DNA of 46,018 bases from Candidatus Microgenomatus sp. Its GTDB lineage: Bacteria > Patescibacteriota > Microgenomatia > UBA8517. A program made the translations under genes and the position numbers. Where the stretch lies: NCBI GenBank assembly GCA_020724555.1, contig DYGT01000001.1, positions 131,197-177,214 on the forward strand, in the 5' to 3' direction. Within the stretch, counting starts at the first letter, position 1. Each line of letters begins with the position of its first letter. Positions 38,248 to 46,018 of this stretch are shown here, one piece after another. The notes under the pieces are model-generated. The model worked only from the letters and a program-made list of their open reading frames with translations. It was not told the DNA's origin and did no database searches.

Positions 38248-38550
38248 TTAAGAGCTTTGTGGAATTTTAAGTGCCACTTGCCGTGTTGGAGATTCTGTCG
38301 GTTTTGTTTCTACAAAATTTGTTAGATGTTCCACTATTTCACGGTCGATTGCCCTAATCTCATATGAAACTTTGCCTTCGGGAATAATGTAGTTTATCCC
38401 CTCAACTAACTCGACAGTTTCTCCCTCGCCTCCAATCAATAGCACATTAACACCGTCAATCTTTTCCTCCGCCAATTTATATCTCGCATAACGATCACTG
38501 GAACAGACTCCTCTTGTCACAAAGTTAAATAGGTTCTCGGATTCCTTCAT
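38248..38550 (-). CDS. Hypothetical protein
   Basis: Coupled (ATGA) to the upstream gene. Confidence 0.6.
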   Translation of the reverse strand: MKESENLFNFVTRGVCSSDRYARYKLAEEKIDGVNVLLIGGEGETVELVEGINYIIPEGKVSYEIRAIDREIVEHLTNFVETKPTESPTRQVALKIPQSS

Positions 38551-39269
38551 ACCCCAGTAGGCGTTATTAAAATACGAGCACTTTCTTCGCTAATACCAAA
38601 CTTTCTAACTATAAATTCAAAAAACTGGTTTCCGATTTCTGGATTAAATTTATATCTTATCCAATCACCTTCCTGTTGTCGCTCTACAGCAAATCGAGAA
38701 AACAGTTTCTCCGCAAGAGTGTTTGACGGAGCACAAGAACCCCTAATTTCTGTAACTCCTGACTCTGCCAAAGATTTTATAGGCAAACTCAATAAAGCGA
38801 CTTTCGATGTTCCCGCTATCTCTCCAGAGGCGGCAACCACTGGAATGTAACCCCTCCCTGTAAAAATACCAGATCCACTTTGATCAGCAACCACTTCTCT
38901 TCTACCTACGGTTACACCCACTAAACTTCCTTTCTCTTCGATTAAAAATGTGTTTCCATTCCAAGTTTCTTTAAAATCGACAATTCTTCCGTCAGGCAAC
39001 CCGTGGAATTCCTCGGTTAATTGCTCGACAGTGAATCTCGGATAAGCTTGGGGTAAGCTATCATTTAAAACTTTTGCAATTTCTTCCAAATAGGGGATTG
39101 CCATTCCAAGATTCATAACTCTTAGTACTCGTAGGCCATCCTTAAGCGAGACTGCTGTTATTGGAAATTCCTGCCTGCAATACTCCCGAATTTCATTAGG
39201 AATGCCTACACCTCCCCACGATGATGCCTGGCGATAAAGATCTTTTTCAGTTTCTATATTCATTGTCAC
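38547..39269 (-). CDS. Hypothetical protein, possible GNAT fold
   Basis: FLIEEKGSLVGVTVG and SNTLAEKLFSRF resemble GNAT elements; weak. Confidence 0.5.
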   Translation of the reverse strand: MTMNIETEKDLYRQASSWGGVGIPNEIREYCRQEFPITAVSLKDGLRVLRVMNLGMAIPYLEEIAKVLNDSLPQAYPRFTVEQLTEEFHGLPDGRIVDFKETWNGNTFLIEEKGSLVGVTVGRREVVADQSGSGIFTGRGYIPVVAASGEIAGTSKVALLSLPIKSLAESGVTEIRGSCAPSNTLAEKLFSRFAVERQQEGDWIRYKFNPEIGNQFFEFIVRKFGISEESARILITPTGV

Positions 39270-40044
39270 CTCCGCTTTTGAGAACCTCTAATGGATCTTG
39301 CTCACAATTAAAAATCAAATCATAAATGCTAAGATTTGGAACAAATCCAGAACCTTCAGAATTTTGAAATTGCTTGTAAGATGGATGTTGAAAGTTGTAT
39401 GTTTGTATCCCAATCCCAGCATCTTTAAATTTTTCAATTTCTTTTTTATTGCTGCCCTCAAACTTAAGATTCAAATAAAAATCTTTTGGTATGGGATAAT
39501 TCCTAGGTAAGTAGATAACTTTATCATAATTTTCGATATTAACCGCTCGCCTAATCGCATCAATCAGAGCATCTGCTTTTTTCAGACCTCGATCTACATA
39601 ATTATTCTGACTATCCCTAACATATTTTGTTTTAATTCCCAGAATATCTTTTGCCAAAAGAGTTAATGCATCACACAAGTCATTTAAATATTCCCATTTC
39701 CTGTCCAGATAAATTGAGGCAAGTGAACCTGAATATCTTTCAAAATAAGGACTCTTTCGATATATTGACTTAATATACTCCCAGTGGTCTCTCAAGATGC
39801 TGGGGTTGACAATTTTTTTATCCTTAATCGGTTCTCTTCCTTTATCTACAGGAACTGAGAGCCATTTACTAACCCTGTTGCTATAAAAAATTTGTCTATT
39901 CTGCCATTCTCTTGCTACATACTGAGCCGTGTCTAGAGAGATAAACAGATCGCTCTTATACATTTTATAGAAATATCCACAATAACGATGATACCCTGGT
40001 TGGTGAATTGCTATACGGATGACCTTATTAGATGATTTTTCCAT
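39247..40044 (-). CDS. WbqC-family protein
   Basis: IAIHQP, LDTAQY..WQNR, WLSVPV, FQHPSYKQ, FVPNLSIYDLIFN. Confidence 0.9.
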   Translation of the reverse strand: MEKSSNKVIRIAIHQPGYHRYCGYFYKMYKSDLFISLDTAQYVAREWQNRQIFYSNRVSKWLSVPVDKGREPIKDKKIVNPSILRDHWEYIKSIYRKSPYFERYSGSLASIYLDRKWEYLNDLCDALTLLAKDILGIKTKYVRDSQNNYVDRGLKKADALIDAIRRAVNIENYDKVIYLPRNYPIPKDFYLNLKFEGSNKKEIEKFKDAGIGIQTYNFQHPSYKQFQNSEGSGFVPNLSIYDLIFNCEQDPLEVLKSGGDNEYRN

Positions 40045-40558
40045 TATATTTAATGTCCTTGAAAATATTTAGGATTACGGCTAGCCAGCCAGAGGGTAGA
40101 AAGGGAGAGTAAATATTTAAAAAATCGTTTGTGGAAAAACCGTAGATTATTTTGTTTGGAAAAACCTTGACAAATGTATGTAAGGAGCGCCTCAAGTGGG
40201 GCTGACTGGTAACAATCAGCATTGGAAAGGTGTTTTTTTGTTTAACCAATTCTTTTAGAAAAAGGGCATCTTCGTAGGTGTTTGTTGATTTATCCTGAAT
40301 GATGATTTCTCCGACCCTTTGTTTTTTGGCTATTTCGAGCATCAAATTTCGTTTAAACTTCCCACATATAATGAATTTGGCACCTCTATGTTTTTTCCTT
40401 AACTTAAGTCCTTTTCTGACTCTTACGGCAGTGTCCCAATCAAAATCACCAGACAGAACAACTATTGAGCGAATTTTGGGGTGTTCATCGAAAAGCAGGC
40501 TTTGGGAATACAATAAAAAAAGGACGGAAATCAATAAATATAGAATCAATAAAATCAT
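40028..40558 (-). CDS. YdcF/DUF218-family protein
   Basis: IVVLSG, STNTYEDA, IVTSQPHLRRS. Confidence 0.85.
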   Translation of the reverse strand: MILLILYLLISVLFLLYSQSLLFDEHPKIRSIVVLSGDFDWDTAVRVRKGLKLRKKHRGAKFIICGKFKRNLMLEIAKKQRVGEIIIQDKSTNTYEDALFLKELVKQKNTFPMLIVTSQPHLRRSLHTFVKVFPNKIIYGFSTNDFLNIYSPFLPSGWLAVILNIFKDIKYNGKII

Positions 40559-40559
40559 A

Positions 40560-41186
40560 CTAAAAAATCCAAAAATTTAAATAGAATTCCTCAGCATACT
40601 TACAGCCGCTGTGTAACCCCGATTCTCTAGCTTGTGCCTTTATGACTTCAGGATCCATATACTCATTAGTCCCTTGAGACTTAAACAGCGAGAGTAATTT
40701 CAACTTTTGGTCGAGATGTTTAGAGATGTCTATATATAAATTGGGCGTAAACCTGTCTCTAGTAAACAATGAGGCGTAGAGTAATATCGCTGGCTTTTTC
40801 CTTCTTGTTGCGCTCAAAGTTGCCCACCCGATATTTCTATGATCCTGATGAACATCGTCGATGCAATGTGTAAATATCAAATCTGGTTGATATTCTTTGA
40901 CCACCTGTTCAATTTCGTTGACTAAATTCGAGTCAGCAAAGATCGAACCGTCTTTATAATCCAACAACTTAGTTTCGGATACACCCAAGAACTCCCCAGC
41001 CTTTGCTTGTTCTTTGGCTCTTGTCAGAGGATCGCTTTTTAACTCACCTTTTGAAAATACCAAAGAGTATATATTCGCATCATATTCTTTTCTTAGTTTT
41101 AATAAGGTGCCGCCACACGATAGTTCGATATCATCAGGATGGGCGCCGATTGCTAATACTTTTAGATTTTTTGATAGGGTTAACAT
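40560..41186 (-). CDS. PIG-L/LmbE-family deacetylase
   Basis: AIGAHPDDIELSCGG, HQDH, YAEEF; start moved to 41186. Confidence 0.92.
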   Translation of the reverse strand: MLTLSKNLKVLAIGAHPDDIELSCGGTLLKLRKEYDANIYSLVFSKGELKSDPLTRAKEQAKAGEFLGVSETKLLDYKDGSIFADSNLVNEIEQVVKEYQPDLIFTHCIDDVHQDHRNIGWATLSATRRKKPAILLYASLFTRDRFTPNLYIDISKHLDQKLKLLSLFKSQGTNEYMDPEVIKAQARESGLHSGCKYAEEFYLNFWIF

Positions 41187-41283
41187 GATATAGTTCTTCG
41201 CAGAATTGGCACAATTATATCCGATATTTCGCCAAAAGTGCAATTTAAGCAGAAAGATATGCCCGAAGCGACCAAAAAAGGAA

Positions 41284-41425
41284 CTTAGAAGTTCAGAAAC
41301 CTGTTTACTTCCTTGTTCGTAAACTCAGGATATTCAAGGTAAGTCACCCAATCAATCTGTCGGAAAAAGTACCATCGTTCGAGCATTCTAAGAACTGTAT
41401 TGGATAGAATGTTTTCCGAACATTT
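41284..41425 (-). repeat. 142-bp boundary element, copy 2 (ORF 41386-41285)
   Basis: Encodes MLERWYFFRQIDWVTYLEYPEFTNKEVNRFLNF*. Confidence 0.9.
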
Positions 41426-41514
41426 AAAACAGGGCATCTTTTTGCATTAGTAGGATCGTTGTTAACAACTCTGATATCTTCTGATATACTTCCTTCGACT
41501 GCCCAATCAAAAAA

Positions 41515-42978
41515 ATGGGCAAAGAAAATCCTCAATTTGACCAAACTGCGGAAAGAGCAAGATCCTTAGTGAGTGGGGCAATTGCTGAGGTAGTTACTTC
41601 CTCAAGTGGGTTGCAGCAGGACAAATGGATTTTGGCACAAGGCAATTTAGATTTACCAATATACACATATACTCAGACTCTTTTGGAAGCAGGCATTGAT
41701 GAAACCCACATTAAAAATTTGTTGGGATTAGTAAGAGATTTGGAAATTGATGTTAGTGATCCCTATACTTCTAGCTCCGAGTTGTCAGTAATCGCAGGTG
41801 TTTTGTCAGAGGATTTGATTGGTGTGGATTTGTCAGAACACAGGAGGGCAATGGATAGAGTTAAATTACTGCCCGTTGTTGTTCAGGAGGCAGAAACTCA
41901 ACCGCCTTCGCCAAGTATAACTTATACAGAGGATGAAAGATTACAATTTCAAGAACTCACCAACCTAAAAAAATGGCAAAGAGGTTTAATACAATCAAAT
42001 GGTAATTTTTTAGAAATATCAAAGCGGGTTTTAGAGGGAAACAATCAAACGCTAGAAGCCCTAACAAGAGGACATCTAGAAAAGTTTTGGAGAGATAGTG
42101 GTATAGATGTGGGTAGTAAGGCAACTGTCTTTTTCCGTGACCACAAGACATATGCGGGAGATATTGATTTTTACTATTGGGGTGTTGAACCTGAAAAATG
42201 CACTCTTGAGCTATCTCGATATTTAATGTCTTTGGGCTATAAAGTTGACCATAGGTCAAACATATTCGTGGAAGATTTAATAAGAAACAGTCAAAAGATT
42301 GATAACGGCTTCTTAGCTGCATATTTGCAGATGTATTTTTATATGGGTAAAGCTATTGAGTTTAATGGAGACAGTTTTGAAGAGCATTATGCCGAGGATG
42401 TGTCGCCAGTGGTTGATTTAGGTTCTATGTGGAGGACTGCCAATAAAAGTCTCATTCCTGCCGCTGAAGTGGTTGAGAGGATTTATAGCCAAAATATACC
42501 AGAGTATCCAGGGCTTAAAGATTATCCATTCCGCCTTTTGACTATTACTTTAATGGGTTTAGCTATGAAGTATGATATTCCTTTTATTCTAAGTCACGAC
42601 AACTTAGTAAATAAACTTGAGCAATATATAAGTGAAGATGAAGCAGTTGTACTAAGAAACGCTTTTTATTACATTAACCAAGCACGCAACCTTTACCAGC
42701 TTGTAACCGAGCGGCGTTGGGAAATGATGACGCCTGAGATAAAACAGGAAATTGATAAGGCTCTTGTTATACAATCAGGAATGAGGATTGAGGACATGTT
42801 AGTTTTATTGGCTGAAAAAGTGAAGTCTATATCTTCTACTCACTTTGGTGAACCAGAAAACGGAGATGTGCTAGACTTAAATGAAGCGAGACAACAAGCA
42901 CTTCCTTTTGTCGCACAGTCGTATAGGAAGGTGGCAGAAAGATATAAGCAGTTAGTTTGGCTCTCACATCGAGAGTAA
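41515..42978 (+). CDS. Possible GlnD/DUF294-like nucleotidyltransferase
   Basis: AGDIDF acidic motif; helical C-terminus GLKD..GLAMKYDI..ISEDEAVVLRNAFYYINQARNLYQL resembles the substrate-binding bundle. Confidence 0.5.
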   Translation: MGKENPQFDQTAERARSLVSGAIAEVVTSSSGLQQDKWILAQGNLDLPIYTYTQTLLEAGIDETHIKNLLGLVRDLEIDVSDPYTSSSELSVIAGVLSEDLIGVDLSEHRRAMDRVKLLPVVVQEAETQPPSPSITYTEDERLQFQELTNLKKWQRGLIQSNGNFLEISKRVLEGNNQTLEALTRGHLEKFWRDSGIDVGSKATVFFRDHKTYAGDIDFYYWGVEPEKCTLELSRYLMSLGYKVDHRSNIFVEDLIRNSQKIDNGFLAAYLQMYFYMGKAIEFNGDSFEEHYAEDVSPVVDLGSMWRTANKSLIPAAEVVERIYSQNIPEYPGLKDYPFRLLTITLMGLAMKYDIPFILSHDNLVNKLEQYISEDEAVVLRNAFYYINQARNLYQLVTERRWEMMTPEIKQEIDKALVIQSGMRIEDMLVLLAEKVKSISSTHFGEPENGDVLDLNEARQQALPFVAQSYRKVAERYKQLVWLSHRE

Positions 42979-42999
42979 GCAAATAGCAAAATTGTAAAA

Positions 43000-43446
43000 A
43001 TGAGAAAAACTTCTACGGCAATAATCGTTTACGACAAAAAAATACTCTTTTTTAAAAGAGATAATATTCCTACAATAGTTGAGCCAGATAGGTGGCAATT
43101 ACCAGGTGGTCATATTGAAGATGGGGAAACACCGACAACAGCACTCAAAAGAGAATTGATTGAGGAGGTAAGTTATGCTCCTTCTAATTTAATTTTTGTA
43201 GGCAAACTTAGAAGCAGCGAGAGGGAGGTTTACATATTTTGGGGCTATGTAAGTAGAAACGAAGCCGCTAAATTTAAATTAGGAGAAGAAGAGGGCCAAG
43301 AAATAAGATTTATGTCTGTTGATGATGCTCTAAAACAAAAATTGACTAAAAACGTAGAGTTTTACCTGTCAACCTTCAAAAACCTTATAGTTAAACACTT
43401 AGAAGGAAGGACTATACCAGACATAAGAGAGTTTTTACTACACTAA
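43000..43446 (+). CDS. NUDIX hydrolase
   Basis: PGGHIEDGETPTTALKRELIEE. Confidence 0.92.
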   Translation: MRKTSTAIIVYDKKILFFKRDNIPTIVEPDRWQLPGGHIEDGETPTTALKRELIEEVSYAPSNLIFVGKLRSSEREVYIFWGYVSRNEAAKFKLGEEEGQEIRFMSVDDALKQKLTKNVEFYLSTFKNLIVKHLEGRTIPDIREFLLH

Positions 43447-43471
43447 TTATATTTCTGGATTTATACATTAA

Positions 43472-43558
43472 TTACAGGCTTAGGAATTTACCAACTTCTT
43501 TGTTGGTAAATTCAGGGTATTCCAGCTCGCTGACCCAATCAATTCGTCCGAATTCATA
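43472..43558 (-). repeat. Boundary element, copy 3 (partial, no start codon)
   Basis: Encodes YEFGRIDWVSELEYPEFTNKEVGKFLSL*. Confidence 0.85.
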
Positions 43559-43599
43559 ATTATTTTACTTGAAACCCCGAATGTTAACTCGTGGGTTGT

Positions 43600-44664
43600 T
43601 TATTTGTATTTATTTTTAGTCGAGTTTATCCAATCGATAAAATTAGCTGTTTTAATTCCATTTGCGCATGCTTCATTAATACCTGAACCTCCGGATTTAA
43701 TTAAACCAATAACTAAGTTACTGTCTTGTGCCAATATTGGTCCGCCAGAATCTCCCTCAGCAGTTGTCTTAATAAATGATTGAGCATCGAAATATTCAAA
43801 GGTAAAAATATTATTTATATTCATACTCTTTAAAAGACGGTCTCCGAAGCAAGCCTCTAATCTTTCAAGAGGAAGAGTAATTTTTTGAAGGGTATTTGTT
43901 TCAACTTTATAATAATTTTTTTGATTGTAATCTGGTGAAATATTAGGGGCCGGGCTTATGCCTGTTGTTCCAAAACCAATGGCAGTGACATATTGTTGGG
44001 CTAAGCCGGTACGGTTTTTTGTGAATTGATTATAATAAACATCGCTTTTAATTTGCGGAAGAACAGCTGGTTTAATATCAGAAGCTTTTTTGAGTTTTAT
44101 TAAAGCAATATCATAGTTGATGCTGTCATTTTTGTAATTTTCATGCGGAATAATTTTATCTACCTGTAGTATTTTCTGTTGATCTTTATCATTTTTGTTT
44201 ATTATATTAATTAAGAAGGTAAAATTTTTAGGATTAGTTGTATTTGTAAAACAATGAGCAACAGAAAGTGCCTATTGCTTATCAATTAATACACCACCAC
44301 ATTCACTCGTTATATAATAAATTCCCGGAGGAGAAGTGTTAAAAAGAAGTTTATTTACAGTCATCTTAATATAAACAAAATATGGAAACTCTCCAAGTTT
44401 TGCAGATTGGCCGCTAATGATGGGCAATACTTCATAAGCTTGAGAATTTGTTGTAACATTGTTTTTAATGGTTGATTTTAGAATTAAATTGGTTATTAAT
44501 ATAGAGAAGAAAATTAGAATAACAAAAAAAGTTTTTTTTGATATACAAAAACTACCCTTAATTATAAAATAATTATATACAGATAAAAATATTATTACAA
44601 TAATTGGTAGTTTTTTTATCTCCTCCCACCTCACCCTCAACGCTTCCATCACTACTGCATTCAA
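43600..44664 (-). pseudogene. Secreted trypsin-like serine protease with one in-frame TAG
   Basis: CGGVLIDKQ*ALSVAHC, YDIALIKL and GDSGGP in one frame; single stop at 44272-44274. Confidence 0.85.
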
Positions 44665-44715
44665 AAAAGCCTGGATTATTAAATGGATTTATGTAGAATA
44701 TCAGGTGCGGTGAGC

Positions 44716-44771
44716 CATACTTCGCCAAGGCTACGTAATGGCATGCCATCTCGTAGCTTCAGCGTAGAGCG
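44716..44771. repeat. Inverted pair of REP-like hairpin units upstream of the GIY-YIG gene
   Basis: CTTCGCCAAGGCTACG and CGTAGCTTCAGCGTAG flank ATGGCATGCCAT; related unit CCGAAGTCTCTGACGTAGG at about 45052-45070. Confidence 0.55.
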
Positions 44772-44781
44772 AAATACCAAT

Positions 44782-45069
44782 ATGTATTATTGTTACATTC
44801 TCTCAAGTTCAAAATTTCACATTTTCTACTTTGGGTCAGCTAATGATTTGAAAGCAAGATTAAAGCAACATAACAACGGTGAAGTTAAATCAACTAAAGC
44901 ACATTTGCCATGGAAATTAGTGTGGTACGGCGCATTTAGTACTGAAAAAGAAGCCAGAGATTTTAAGGGTGAGTCGGGCAAGGCCTTTGCCTATAAGAGG
45001 CTAGTGCCAGTAGCCCTGGAGAAGGATTTCTCAACGGGTAGAAAAAGTAGTCCGAAGTCTCTGACGTAG
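44782..45069 (+). CDS. Small GIY-YIG nuclease (possible short internal deletion)
   Basis: MYYCYIL..FYFGSANDLKARLKQHN..STK..PWKLVWY; the usual Glu after EARDF is missing. Confidence 0.8.
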   Translation: MYYCYILSSSKFHIFYFGSANDLKARLKQHNNGEVKSTKAHLPWKLVWYGAFSTEKEARDFKGESGKAFAYKRLVPVALEKDFSTGRKSSPKSLT

Positions 45070-45273
45070 GTTACCTACCGGGGAGCCAGATGGGTCATTC
45101 TTCAAATTAATATAAACGCAACTTCTTGAAAACATAATATCTTGGGATATAATACGCTTGCTATCGGGTGATAGCGGATTGTCCATTTATCTACCTCAGT
45201 TGGAGTTAAGAAATGCAACAGCCAGTCACAGTTCTCAGGGTTGGGAGAGCAATAGACATTTTCAGAACTTCTC

Positions 45274-45699
45274 TTACAAGCTTGTTGGAGAATAAGATTG
45301 CAGAGTTTTAATAAAAGGCAAGCAAACTCGCTCGGCAAATTTTTGGTCAGCAGTTACTAAGTCACACTTTCTTTCTTGAGCCAGTATCGCGTATACAGCA
45401 TCATACACACTTGTTTTGTATTCTCTTGCAAAATGCACTGATTTTTGAAGAGAAGCGGTATCTAAGTTAAGAGTTTCTAGGGAATATTTTCCAAGAAGTT
45501 TAAGATTATTTTTTATTTTTTCTTCATCCAGACTACTCTTTGTTGTCCAAGCATTGGTAATTTCGTAGAACAAAAGGGAAGGAACGAGGATAATGTTTTT
45601 CTTCCTCAGATGGTATTCCAGAATAATTAGAGCTTTGTCGAATCCTTCTTCGTTTGCATTAAACCATTTGAAGGCAACAGATGTATCTACAACTATCAT
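45274..45699 (-). CDS. PIN-domain (VapC-like) toxin
   Basis: IVVDTSVAFKWF, YEITN, SVYDAVY, LVTAD. Confidence 0.9.
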   Translation of the reverse strand: MIVVDTSVAFKWFNANEEGFDKALIILEYHLRKKNIILVPSLLFYEITNAWTTKSSLDEEKIKNNLKLLGKYSLETLNLDTASLQKSVHFAREYKTSVYDAVYAILAQERKCDLVTADQKFAERVCLPFIKTLQSYSPTSL

Positions 45700-45702
45700 T
45701 CG

Positions 45703-45948
45703 TTAAGAATTGCTTCGTATTTCTCTCAAGGCTTGTAAAGAATCCCAGTTACCAATTGCCTGAGCGTTAGTTTCAGCAACCTTTTTAGTTTCAGAGACCA
45801 AAGATTGAAAGAGGTTATTGTCATTCTTTTTATTGCTCAATTTATCTCTAACAATTGCTGCAAAGCTCTTCCTTTGTTTTGCTGCTTCCTCCTTGAGTCT
45901 ATTGTAATCTTCTTCAGGTAAGCGGATGTTTGTAGTTATGTAACTCAT
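45703..45948 (-). CDS. Ribbon-helix-helix antitoxin
   Basis: TTNIRLPEEDY..LKEEA..SFAAIVR; directly upstream of the PIN gene. Confidence 0.8.
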   Translation of the reverse strand: MSYITTNIRLPEEDYNRLKEEAAKQRKSFAAIVRDKLSNKKNDNNLFQSLVSETKKVAETNAQAIGNWDSLQALREIRSNS

Positions 45949-46018
45949 ATTGATACTATTGTATCATTGTATTACTAGTTGTCAAGGCAGAGACGAGCTA
46001 CTAAAAGTTCTTAATGTG

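Larger units (their letters stand above)
20547..45089. mobile_element. Degraded genomic island integrated at tRNA-Asn
   Basis: CCGGGGAGCCAG at 20547-20558 and 45078-45089, both preceded by CCTA(C); recombinase remnant reads into the tRNA; IS- and pseudogene-rich cargo. Confidence 0.75.

Noticed and set aside
38095-43558. Boundary repeats as classical integron attC sites
   Set aside because: No RYYYAAC...GTTRRRY core pair, no tyrosine integrase in the window, and the repeat carries a conserved reading frame.
44272-44274. Stop-codon reassignment
   Set aside because: TAG, TGA and TAA all end conserved genes in this window.
45102-45338. 78-aa ORF next to the att repeat
   Set aside because: Overlaps the PIN gene end and has no recognisable features.
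1-46018. Retron, DGR or prophage
   Set aside because: No reverse transcriptase, TR/VR pair or phage structural genes recognised.

Overview
Genome segment with hallmarks of a Patescibacteria/CPR bacterium (Microgenomates-like; inferred from gene content and tRNA-Arg(GCG)). Bases 1-20.5 kb are backbone: VirB2/TrbC-like pilins, a SpoIID/LytB protein, tmRNA-smpB, comF, all four tRNA-Ser genes plus tRNA-Arg(GCG), GT-C glycosyltransferases, dnaG-rpoD, a Cys-motif three-gene module, an LCP protein and tRNA-Asn. Bases 20.55-45.09 kb are a decayed island at the tRNA-Asn 3' end (12-bp direct repeat). It holds a split large serine recombinase, two apparently identical IS3 copies, a truncated type III Res, an ArsR/ArsP operon with a second copy of the three-gene module, and several glycosyl/nucleotide-enzyme blocks. 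A PIN toxin-antitoxin pair follows. Three structures are not explained by the ORF track. (1) A 142-bp element with an inverted-repeat site and a conserved 33-codon ORF occurs three times (one partial) at cargo-block boundaries, a possible cassette-accretion system. (2) A 20-bp palindrome is inserted three times into structured DNA, without target duplication where the target can be checked. (3) Five of six tRNAs carry cognate end duplications around tiny inserts, one holding a GIY-YIG gene. All calls come from reading the sequence; no searches were run.
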